A DNA stretch of 63,945 nucleotides, counting the filler, from Reclinomonas americana ATCC 50394 (lineage: Eukaryota), in assembly GCA_048213135.1 (NCBI GenBank). It is 15 parts of 15 records of this genome, joined end to end, with 100 filler letters (N's around TTAATTAATTAA, not from the genome) between each part and the next. Parts side by side here need not be neighbours in the genome. Positions count along the whole stretch, not along the records: positions 47,748 to 53,950 come from AFZH01021367.1; positions 54,051 to 62,835 come from AFZH01021368.1; positions 62,936 to 63,945 come from AFZH01021524.1; 12 more parts are not named here. One strand, 5' to 3'. The notes beneath the pieces are model-generated. The model saw only the letters and a list, made by a program, of their open reading frames with translations, did no database searches and had not been told where the DNA came from. Shown here piece after piece: positions 52,274 through 62,936 of this stretch; position 1 is the stretch's first letter, and every line of letters begins with the position of its first letter. Position numbers and translations under genes: made by a program.

Positions 52274-55200
52274 TTAGTGTTTCATCCCATATGTACACCC
52301 GAAGTTGCTTACGAAGATCCAACCGCCGACCACGTCACCGACACCGATTGCACTGCGCCGTCGACGACACACACATGTGAGAAAATCATGAACAAAAACA
52401 ATCACCCCAGCAAATCGCATCGTGGCACACGCACCATTGGCACTGCCGGTGACGCACACTTGCAGACCGCCGCCGACAATAGCCGCAGTCGCCGTCACAC
52501 TGAACGTGGTGCCACTGGCGGCGGCGGCCGCTTGCCAGCCACTGGCAAACGCAGACACCACCGGCGCGACACCGAAAGCGGGAAGTGCAGTGACGAGTTG
52601 GCACTGGCCGCTGGCCACGCTGACCACGCCCGAGGCCATGGTGTATGTGGGCGCTCCTGTCGTCAACGACGCGTTGGAAAGCGCCAGCCAGCTGTACTGC
52701 AGTTCACGGATGCGTGTGTTGGCGTACGTCCGTGTGCTGTGTGGCGTCACGGAAGCAAATAAGCCCAAAGCATACAAGCGGAACAAGAGGAACAAGGCAC
52801 TCACCGGTGATTGAATCCGCCGGCCACAACGGACGTGACTGCATTGTCAAACCGGGATGCCAGGCTGCCGCCGCGTCCCCACACACCCTGCGGCGCAAGC
52901 AACACCGCCGCCGTCGCTGGCATGCCGGTGACACCAGTGATGGTGCGGAACTGTGACCGGTTGCCGACGCTGGTGAGGTCCATGGCACCGCCGCTCATAA
53001 AGTAGGAACCGGCTGCCGTGAACGCGTACTGTGTCGGGGCCGCCACCGCCAGCCACGTCAAACCAAAGCCGCGCACAGCCACCGTGTCGGGTGACGTGCA
53101 CACGATCGATACGCTGGTGGTCGTCGTAGATGGTGAGGCGGCGCAGAAAATGCTGAGGTCGGATCCACCGTCGGCCTGCAGGCCGTTCAGACCAACCACG
53201 ACACGAGGCACGGAGGCTGGCAGGAATTGAAATAAAGTGAGTGTGAATGACTGACACAACAGAGGGTGGATATGAGGACTCACCGAAAGTCTCCGGATAC
53301 GCCAGCTGCATGCTGAAACTGCGCATTCCCGACGTGGTGACCCATCCACCGCTTGGCACGTCGACACGACCAGATTGTACGTCTGCAGAGGGCCAGAGTG
53401 AGACAAGTGATACACAACAAACGGGTGGAAGAAGAGTGCAGCGGCACGAAACGATTTCCAATCGCAAGCGTTCCGCCAGTCACGGCAACCGCAGCTTCGC
53501 CATCACGCCGCGCGATGCAGGCCTTGAGAGCGTGCCCGCGAGTCGTCTTGACGCTGATTTGCAGCTGCGTGCACAGTTGCACACCGCCCGAGGTCGTGCA
53601 CTTGAGGGCGCAGTAGCTGGTCGCCGCCGAAGAGCAGTCGGTGCGGGTGACCACCACCGACGGGTCGGAGGTAGTCGAGCAGGAGGCCGCCAGTGGCACA
53701 AACGACACCACATTGGTGAGCGGCCTGAGGTTGGTACCAGTAAAGGTGATCACGGTCGCCAGATTGGCATGCACGGTCACAGGCGACATGGCCGTGGGCG
53801 ACGGCTGTGGGTCCGCAGCTGTGACACAAACCAGCTCATGTGAGCACACGAAAGCAAATACAGTTGGAAACACATTGTCGACAAGACGCACTAGTGCAAG
53901 AGGCTCCAGTCCAGCCCGCGGCACACGAGCACACAGCTGCTCCACTGTCGNNNNNNNNNNNNNNNNNNNNNNNNNNNNNNNNNNNNNNNNNNNNTTAATT
54001 AATTAANNNNNNNNNNNNNNNNNNNNNNNNNNNNNNNNNNNNNNNNNNNNGGAGAAAGAGGGAGAAAGAGGGAGAAGGAGGGAGAAGGAGGGAGAAGGGG
54101 GAGATGGAGGGAGAAGGGGGAGAAGGGGAAGGAACGATGAGCGAGAGAGAGGGTGCAGGCGATGGATTGTTCCGCGCGATCGGTTGAAGCTCTCTTCGTG
54201 CGTTTTAAAGAGATAGAGAAGTGGAAGTGTAGTCAATGATATGAAGGGTGAGTGCGACATATTGTCACGCGCTGCTCTCTCCTCTATCGTTCTCTCTGCG
54301 CGCGTGTACACGTACCATCGGTGTGGTGGAATCCACCTCGCCAGTGAGCGGAACTGCAGCGTTGAAAAGAGTGGCGCGAATGAGCGACGAGCGCGCCGCC
54401 AGACCCTGTCCGCTGCTGTTCAGAGTGCCCGGATCGTTGGGGTAGAATCGGCGGTAGTATTCGCGCAGCACGGCAGAAACACCAGCGGCGTTCGGCGTCG
54501 CCATACTCGTGCCCGAGTACGCCACTGTGTGTGCGGTGAGGTCGTTCAAATTGCTACGCGCACCCTGCCCACAAATGTCGTTGGTCGCCAGCGACATGGA
54601 CGAGTAGCTGTCGACACAGGAAAGTTAGTGGGAAGGGAAGCAAAATTGGAAAGAAGCAAGGGGAGTGCAACGCAACAGCGGGTTGCCAGGCATCGCAATG
54701 TCCACTCCCATGCGACCGTCGCTGGCGGGGCCTCGAGAGCTGAACGAGGCGATGTTGTTCGATGGACCCGAGTCGAGCGTCACCGAAGCGCCGACACTCA
54801 GCACGTTCTTGGCGTGCGCCTGCGTACTGTTGTTGCAATGGTAAAAAAAAGGATGAGCGCTGAGTAATCCACGCGGCTCGAGCGTGCTGGTGGAATCACC
54901 TGAGAGTGCTGGCGCCCGGACCGCTGTTGGAGGCGGCGAAGAGAATCTGGAAGTCGCGGTGCTGGTTGGCGAAGCGGTCGGTGAGTTGCGCCCACGAATC
55001 GTAGGCGCCAACACCACCGCCCCAGGAGTTCGTGCTCAGACGTGCGCCAGCTGTCAACACAGAATGTCAGGAGAGGGAGGGAGGGGGAAAGGGAGAGAGC
55101 ATGGCTCACCTCCGTACTTGACATTGTAGTACTGTCGCGCCGAGAAACACAAGCGTGTGAGCATTCAGCAGAGGAGAAGGAGGGAGAGGGAGGTAGGGAG

Positions 55201-57489
55201 AAGGGAGGAGGAGGGAGGAAGACAGAAAAAGAGACCTTGACACATAGTCAAGAATTGTACAATGCACAAAGCAGAGCAGAAAAGGAGAGAGAGATAGTGA
55301 GATAGGGAACAAAGGACAGGAACCAGGCGGTATGAGGCACAGGACATAAAGCGTCGAACAATGAAGAGAGTGGAACATACGGATTTGAAACAAGAAGAGA
55401 GCATAAAGCAGAGCAAAATGCAGAGAAGTAGAGAGTAGACGAGCAGAAACACGAGACTCGGAATCAAAGAACAGAACGCAGAGCAGAAAGGGGAGAAAGA
55501 GAAAGTGGCAGGGAGGCACCATCCCACCCGGCGACATACCGTCTCCGGATCAGGCACGCTCAGGTACTGCGCGCTGCCAGTGCCAATGTCGGCCAGGAAG
55601 CTGCACACAACACAGTTCCGTGTTGAGCGAAGACTGCCCATCTCAGGCTACGCGCGCGCGCGCGTGGGACTGCGACATAACATCTTGGCCTTCTTCGCCA
55701 TGCCGTTGTGGGTTGTCTGCGTGCCACCAGCAGCGTCGCCGTTGCCCGCCACACTGCCACTGACGTGCGTGCCTGAGAAGCGTTTACGCGTCAGCACGAC
55801 AATAATAATGTAAGGGTGCCAGCGGAGACACCCGCTCACCGTGACCGCCAGTGGTGTTCTCGCCCGAATCCGCAAAGCTCCAGTAGCCAGCGACCTTCCG
55901 ATGCGCCACCTTGCCGGCGGGCGGAGTCGTAAAGTCGGTAGTGGTGTCGGAGCTCAGCTTGAAGCCGGCGTTCGGGTTCGAGTCGTAAAAGTAGCAGTGA
56001 TTGTACTGACGACACACACACTCATCAGCGCACTGACGAAAAAAACGGGGCATCGCAAGCCTGGTACGCACATCAAGACCCGTGTCGCCAACGGCCACAA
56101 TCTCGCCGTCGCCGGTGAGGATGTTGGTGAACGGCTCCGAGCCGGGGACGCCGCTTTGGTAGTTGAATCGTGCACGCGAGTTGAAGATGGTCGGCTGCAG
56201 CGGCACGTCAGCAGCTGTCGAGATAGACAGTCACAAACAAAGAACACTCACCGGAATGTCGACCTCCACCCACACCACACGCGGGACCGAGAGCAAGAGC
56301 TGCGAGGCCGCGCCAAGACTGGCCGGCTGCACGAAAGCCACAGAGAACGCATCGTGCGACAGCAGCTTGGTCTCGCGCACGTCAAGTCCGCGGCCGGCGA
56401 GGAGCGCTACCACAGACGACACAAAGTCGGTCAGCGATCGCTCCTGCGGCGACAGCATGACGTGCACGTTGAGCTTGTTGGGCACCGGCGCATCATTGTC
56501 GCTCGACTGCGTGTGGAAACCGCTGCTGCTGCTCGCCACATCACTCGTCATGCTGTCGACGTTGACGAGGTTGCGCGAGGCCTTGAAGGCCTCCTGGAAC
56601 GGCAGCACGTTGATAACGAGGTCGGCCAGGGCCACTTGCACCAAGTCCACTGCCTCGCGCGTGGTGAACACGAGGTAGGCGCGAGTGGGCACGAAGCGCA
56701 CGTCGACCAAGGAGGCGTCGCTCATGCCCGTGGCCTGTGTGTGTGTGTGCCGGTGAGGAGAAGGAGGAGAAGGAGCTCGAGGAGGAGAAGGCGTACCTGA
56801 GCAATGGTGTTCTGCAGACGACGGCGCACTTCGGGGGAAGTGACACGCATGGCGAAGAGGAATGCGTGGTTGAAGGCGGAGGTGGAGGAGGCAATGGCAG
56901 CAGAGGAGGTGGACGAAGGCATCACCGTCTGCAGTGCGCTCACAAAGGGACTGCACGGACGTGGGCGAGTGAGAAGACAGCAGAGAAGCAACAGAAGAGG
57001 GTGCAAAAGTGTGCAAAAGTGTGTACAAGTGAGTGCAAGTGTGTGCAACAGTGAGTGCAAGTGAGTGCAAGTGAGTGCAAGTGAGTGCAAGAGTGTGCAG
57101 AAGTGTGCATATGTGCAAGTGAGTGCAAGTGTGTGCAAGTGTGTGCTAGTGAGTGCAGAAGTGTGCGTAAGTGTGTGCAAGTGTGAGCAAGTGTGTGCAA
57201 GAGAGAGTGAGCTTGTGCACGCAACGGAGTGTCGGCATCGACTGAGCGCAGTGACTCTGCAGCTTGCACCGCAGTGTGCGGGTCAATGCGGAAGCCATTG
57301 ATCAGGATCTGCTCTCAAACGCAGAGTGAGATGTGAGAAACTAGACAAGGGAGACGCAAATGCACTCACCTTTCCGCGATCGGCGTCGTGCGAGTCGAGC
57401 TCAGCAGAGGCCAGTGGGAGGAGGAGAGCACAGGAGAGGACAAGGAGACAGAGGGTGAAGACAGCGAAGGCGCGCGCCCGACGCTGCAT
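52274..57489 (-). CDS. Secreted subtilisin-like S8A protease (KP-43/TagC type) with C-terminal IPT-like and H-type lectin-like domains
   Basis: Signal peptide; catalytic triad VAVGDTGLD, GHGTHVSGS, SGTSMATP; STNSWG, FAASNSG, AKNVLSVGA, FSSRGPASDGR. After the gap come VQSGRVD...F..VPRVVVGLNGL...TWLAV-type repeats. The 3' end is uncertain. Confidence 0.88.
57000..57200. repeat. Intronic 10-bp minisatellite (GTGWGTGCAA)n
   Basis: Directly visible tandem 10-mers and variants. Confidence 0.85.
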
Positions 57490-58380
57490 GTTGTTGTTTG
57501 ATATATGTCCGATGAAGAAGGAGAAAGAAACAGAACGCGAGTGAGAGAGGTTGTGTTGCTCTTGAGTGTGTGCTGAGGAGAGAGACAAGGTGGGGTTGGT
57601 TGCCTTGGCTCACAACGAGTGTTGGAAGGTACGGTGAGGGATCCAGACGGCATTATGGAGACATGCATCGAAATTGAAGCTGCGGGTGGCAACCGGCGGG
57701 CCCGCGTGGACCAGACTGCAACCGACGCAACTGTGCACGCCCTGCAGGGACCTAGCAGTGGCCACGCGGTTGGGAGGCATTATTAGCTCACACGTGGTGC
57801 GGCCAGCACGCGAATGCTGAGGGGTGGTGGTCGAAAGAACGTGCGTGTGTGTGTGCGGTGAATATCGATTTGGAAATACGACCGGTTCGATATCCGGACT
57901 CGCGCACAAACAGAGGCGGTTGCGGTAACACACACACACGCAGCGATGGTGCCATAATGTGGATCGCGAAGGGTCGAGGGGTGGAAGGGGGAAAGAGAGG
58001 CGCTGACAGAAGCGTGGATGTTGTCGATTTTGAAACCGGACACATTGTTCGAAAACATGGTAGCATACGAAAACTGCATTCGCCGCAAGACAAGCAGGAT
58101 CTGTGCATCTGCATTCGTGATGTAGCTCGACCGTTTTCGAGAGATTAACGCGAACATCAACCTAGACGGCTGCCGAAGACACAGATTTTCACGTGTAATT
58201 GCAATCTGCTGTGGCGCCCGCGCGAATAACAAATTGATCGCATAGCGGCGTGGCTGAATGGTGGAAATAGATGGTACGCAGAAGAAGCGAACAGGGTGCT
58301 GCAAAGAGATGCAGTCACACATGCAAAAAAGAGAAACCTGACAAATCCTGTCATGCACGAATGACAGGATTTTAAACACC

Positions 58381-58385
58381 AAAAA
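58381..58385 (-). terminator. RNA polymerase III T-tract terminator
   Basis: TTTTT three nucleotides after the tRNA discriminator base. Confidence 0.7.
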
Positions 58386-58388
58386 GTA

Positions 58389-58461
58389 TGGACCCTGCGA
58401 GACTCGAACCCGCGACCTTCGTATTACAAGTACGACGCTCTGCCAATTGAGCTAAGAGCCA
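58389..58461 (-). tRNA. tRNA with anticodon UGU (Thr by anticodon) and an atypical acceptor stem
   Basis: TGGCTCT TA GCTC AATTGGCA GAGC G TCGTA CTTGTAA TACGA AGGTC GCGGG TTCGAGT CTCGC AGGGTCC A; 73-nt cloverleaf with A and B boxes, followed by TTTTT. Confidence 0.92.
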
Positions 58462-58908
58462 TACCAGACGGCGGGTTTAATCACCGCCTGGCGAAAAACA
58501 GTAGTGACAGCAACGAGGCCTGGATTGCAATTCAGAAAAATGCCGAGACTCTCCACTGTCTGCTGCATACGCAGGCAGACAACACATTGCCGTGGCTCCA
58601 TAGCATGCCGTCTCATGGCTCAGACATTGGCGTGCATGATGATATGCACCTGAATCCGAATTCGAACATATATGTGCATGCAAATGCCCAGACAGTGATC
58701 AGGCACGGCAGTTGCAAACTTCCCCTGTGCTTCACCAGAAAGAGCAGGGGGATAGGGTGCTGGGAAGAGAGGCAGTGCACGGACGCATGAAAAAGAAGAC
58801 AACCTTTACGATATCGATAGGCGTGTACAGTACCGCGATTTCCCGCCAAAAGCCGATCGCTCGCGAAGCGATATCCGCCCACACCCGTTGCAAATCTTCT
58901 TTTTGCGA

Positions 58909-59334
58909 ATGAGACCGTCGACTGCTGCCGCGCACCTCCTTCTGGCGCTTCTCATTGCTTGCATTGCGCTCCTTGCCTTCACCGCAAACGCATCAGAAGC
59001 GTGCGTAACACAGAGAGAGAGAGAGACACAGAGAGGGAAAGTCACAAGAGACACGCGCGTGCATGCACAGAGTGAGTGAGTGAGTGAGAGAGAAAGAGCA
59101 CGTAACACTGACTCGCCTTGCACTCACTCACACACGTTGTTCTGTCTTCTCTCTCGTTCTCTCTGTTCTCGCTCACTCGCATTCTCTCTCACTTCCCTCT
59201 GTTCTCTCTCACTTTGTACTCACCTTCTTTCACTTAAACACTCACTATCCCTCACTTTGCAACTCTCCCACTCTCCCACTCCTCTCTCACTTGCACTCAC
59301 ATGCCCTCACTTTGCAACTCTCCCTCGTGTCTCA

Positions 59335-59369
<35 letters not shown>

Positions 59370-61844
59370 TCACTCCCTCTACACTCCCTTTGCACTCACG
59401 TTCCTCACTCTCCTCACCTTCCCTCACTCTCTCTCTCTCCAGTGAAGACGATGCGGAGCTGTCTGTGACGCTGAGCAACGCGCCACTGGCGGCCAGTGAC
59501 AAGGCCGCCAATGCGCTTCCGCAGTGGAGCGATGAGGAGTCGCAGCAGCAGGAGAGCGACGAGCAGGAGCAAGAGTGGATGGAGGAGCAAGATGAGGGCG
59601 AGGAGGAGGAGGAGGAGGAGGAGGAAGAGGACGAGGACAGTGGCGAGTTGAATGAGTTGTTGGTGGGTTGCTGGAGGAGGGAGATGGCAGGGGAAGGAGA
59701 GGGGGAGACAGGGGAGGATCGACACCGTGTTTGCAAGGTGGACAGGGCAACCCTCTTCTCTCTCTCTCTCTCTCTGTCGCACCGCGCTGGGCTGTGGTCG
59801 CAGAAAGGGAGGGTGAACATTGCAGTGTTCACATCACGTGCAAGAGAGGTTTACGATGTGTTTGCAAGTGGGACAAGTCAATCCTCTCCTCTCGCACCGC
59901 AGTGCGCTGTAGTAACACAACAGGGGAGAGTGGAGAGGATAGTTCTTGAGAGGGCTGACGAAGTGTTTGCAAGGTGGACAAGTTACACGAGTCTCTCTCG
60001 CCCTGCTGCAAGCTGTAGTCACGCAGGAAGAGAGGGTGAAAAAGACAGTAAGGGTGAGGGTTGACGATGGAAAAGTCAATCCTCTCCTCTCGCACTGCAG
60101 CAAGCCGTAGTCTCACAGGCAGAGAGGGCGGAGAAGACAGTTGTGGAGAGGGTTGACGAAGTTCTTTGCTCGTGGACAAGTCTCATACGAGTCTCTCGCC
60201 CTGCTGCAAGCTGTAGTCACGCAGGAAGAGAGGGTGGAAAAGATAGTTGTGGAGAGAGCTGACGAAGTGTTTGCTTCTTCTCTCGCACTGCTGTGAGTTG
60301 TCGTTCAGAGGAGAGAGAGAGCAGGTTGTGGACAGGGAGGGTGGGAGGATGACTCTGTGCACTGCAAGCCAACCCTGCGTGGCTACAGTTCGCTGCAGCG
60401 AGAGAGCGAGAACAGAGTGCAACCTGTCCATCATTCACCTCCCTCTTGACAACTCGTGGCAGGTGTCGAAAACACCGCATTGCATGGCATCCCTTCGCGT
60501 GAGACTACAGTAGTGCGAGAGAAGACGAAGAGCGCGGGCAGGGCAGTGCTTACGACACGTGCTGTTAGATGTCAAGAGAGAGGCTGACGATGTGTCTTGC
60601 GACAAGTCAATCCTCTCCTCTTTCACTGCAGCGAGCTGTTGGCTGGGGTTATTATTGGGTGGACAAGGTAGAGCTCACAATACGTGTATTGAGTTGAAGA
60701 CTTTTGGATGACACATGGACGAGAGTCACACGCCCTTCCTGGCGTGGATGAGTTCTGCAGCAAGTTTAGAGGGAGAAACGAAAGTGGGAAGGACTGTGTG
60801 AGCGTAACAGAAACGGTAACACCCGTGTTGCGTGAGATTCCTTCCCGTCCTTCTCTTCTCTGTTCTCGTCTCCTCGCAATGATCGTCAGTGTTGTCTCTT
60901 CTCTTCTCGTCTTCTGTTTGCCTCCCTTCTTCTCCTTTCTCTGCTCGCCGCTCTTCTCATCCTTCAGTTTTCTTCCCGCTGTGCTTGTTTGCGTTGACTT
61001 ATCTCTCACACCTCCCCTCTTCATTTTGTACTCTTCATCTCTTTCTCTCTGCTTTCCTTAAGTCTCTTCCGTCTTTCTGCCTCTCTGTTGATTTCATCGT
61101 CTCATCTTCATCTACAATCAGTTTGCCTCCCATCACCCACCTTCTTTTTCTCTCACACTAACCTTCCCTCTCTCACTCCCTCCCTTCCCCCCCTCCCTCC
61201 CTTCCCCCCTCCCTCCCTTCCCCCCTCCCCTCCCTTCCCCCCACCCTCCCTTCCCCCCTCCCTCCCCCTTTTCCCTCCGCCCACCCCAGCTCCAGCTCGA
61301 CGAACTGGAAAGCTCCCTCGACGACGACATGGACGACCAGCAGGACGAGGAGGAGGAGGAGGCCTCCGCCGAGGCCGAGTCCACCAACATCAAGCGCCTC
61401 ACCCCGCGCACCTTCCGCCCCACCGTCGTCAACAACAACAAGCTGGTGCTGGTCCTGTTCTACATGCCGAGTTACGTCGTCGTCGTCGTTGCTGCCCCTG
61501 CTGCAGTGACGTGAGCTCACCCCCGTGTCGCACACACACACAGCCTGCCCGCACTGCCAGAACTTCATGCCCACCTACAACCGCCTCGGCCGCATGTTGG
61601 GCGACGTGGACGGCGTGGTGCTCACCAAGGCATGTCGATGACGTGCATCTGTTTTTCATTGTTGCGTGCCCACTCACGATCGAAACAGATGGACATTTCG
61701 CAGTACGAATCACCAGTGGACGGCGTCGACTCGGTGCCGACACTCGTGGCCTTCCCGCCCAGTGACAAGTCGCGCGCGGTGGAATACCAAGGCGACCGCA
61801 CTCTGGCCGACTTGCGTCAGTTTGTCGCGCAACACAAGGAGTGA
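58909..61844 (+). CDS. Signal-peptide, acidic-region, single thioredoxin-domain (PDI a'-like) protein
   Basis: Signal MRPSTAAAHLLLALLIACIALLAFTANA; D/E-rich exons; LVLVLFYMPTCPHCQNFMPTY...VDSVPTLVAFP...VEYQGDRTLADLRQFV. Confidence 0.88.
59720..60640. repeat. Intronic degenerate repeats
   Basis: AAGTCAATCCTCTCCTCT at ~59875, 60073 and 60604; GCCCTGCTGCAAGCTGTAGTCACGCAGGAAGAGAGGGTG at ~60000 and 60198. Confidence 0.7.
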
Positions 61845-61987
61845 GAGAGACCATGGTTCAAAAGAAAAGCCGCTCCCTAAGAGAAAGAGAGCGAGTTGTT
61901 GTGTAAACAGGCTAAAACATGGGGGAAAAAAAGGCAGGGACCAAGTTGTTTTCATTCTCTTTAAACCTGCACAGCCGAGTGGGGTTT

Positions 61988-62790
61988 TTAGCTGGGCAGC
62001 TGCAGCCAGTACTGCCGATTTTGCATCAGCTGCGCCATCCACGGTTCCAGAGCCGGTGACAAGCTGACGAGGGCCTCGAACAGCGGTGTGGCCATGTGGT
62101 CGATGAAGCCGAGCTGGCTGGCGCGGCGGCCGACCTGCGGGGGGAGGAGAGGTCAATAGGGGAAGGGATTTTTGTGCGAAGCTCCTCTTCCCTGTCTACT
62201 GCTGACACTGGCAGCGTTCTCCTCTTCTTGCCGCATCGATTCTACATGAGTGCATTGATCTGTAGCAGCTACTTCGAGCAGACTCTCGAGAGCAAGACGC
62301 GACCGCTCCTCTCTCTCTCTCACACTGTCACTGCTTGTCTGCGTGTCTGCCTGTTAGTCAGTTTGCATGCGTGACTCGCTGACTCTGTCTCCCTTTCTCT
62401 CTCTCTCTCTCTCTCTCTTTCCATTTTCCCTCCTCCCCTCCTTCCCCCCATTTCCACGCAACTGTCTGATGTCTGTCGAGCATCTGCGGCACGGTCATCC
62501 CGAGCTGCCGCTGCATGTCGCCCTCATTCCAAAACTCCTCCTCCACGCGGTGCGACCACTCCAGGTGCAAGTGGAGTGGCTTGGTCGGGTGCGAAATGTC
62601 GGCGCCCTTGAGCAACAACTTGAGGGCCAGCATGCGACTCCGATCGGTCGACAGCATCTCCGTGAGGGCGGTCTTGCCGCGCTGCTGCAGCTCGGTGACC
62701 TCGGAGCGCAGCTCCTCCACCAGCTCGCGGTGGTGCGCCATGTCGGTGGCCAGCACGAGATCGAGAATGGTTTTGCGGAAGCGCTTCCAT
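61988..62790 (-). CDS. Class I cyclic nucleotide phosphodiesterase, C-terminal exons
   Basis: FRKTILDLVLATDMAHH, LLKGADISHPTKP, WSHRVEEEFWNEGD, SQLGFIDHMATPLF, NRQYW. Confidence 0.93.
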
Positions 62791-62936
62791 CTGCGAGGTA
62801 AGGGGAAAGGGGAAAAGGGGAAAGGGGAAAAGGGGNNNNNNNNNNNNNNNNNNNNNNNNNNNNNNNNNNNNNNNNNNNNTTAATTAATTAANNNNNNNNN
62901 NNNNNNNNNNNNNNNNNNNNNNNNNNNNNNNNNNNC

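Noticed and set aside
58389..58461. Genome-wide ACA-to-Ala codon reassignment
   Set aside because: ACA occupies conserved Thr positions (ankyrin TPLH near 5009; PH-domain GQHT near 43944).
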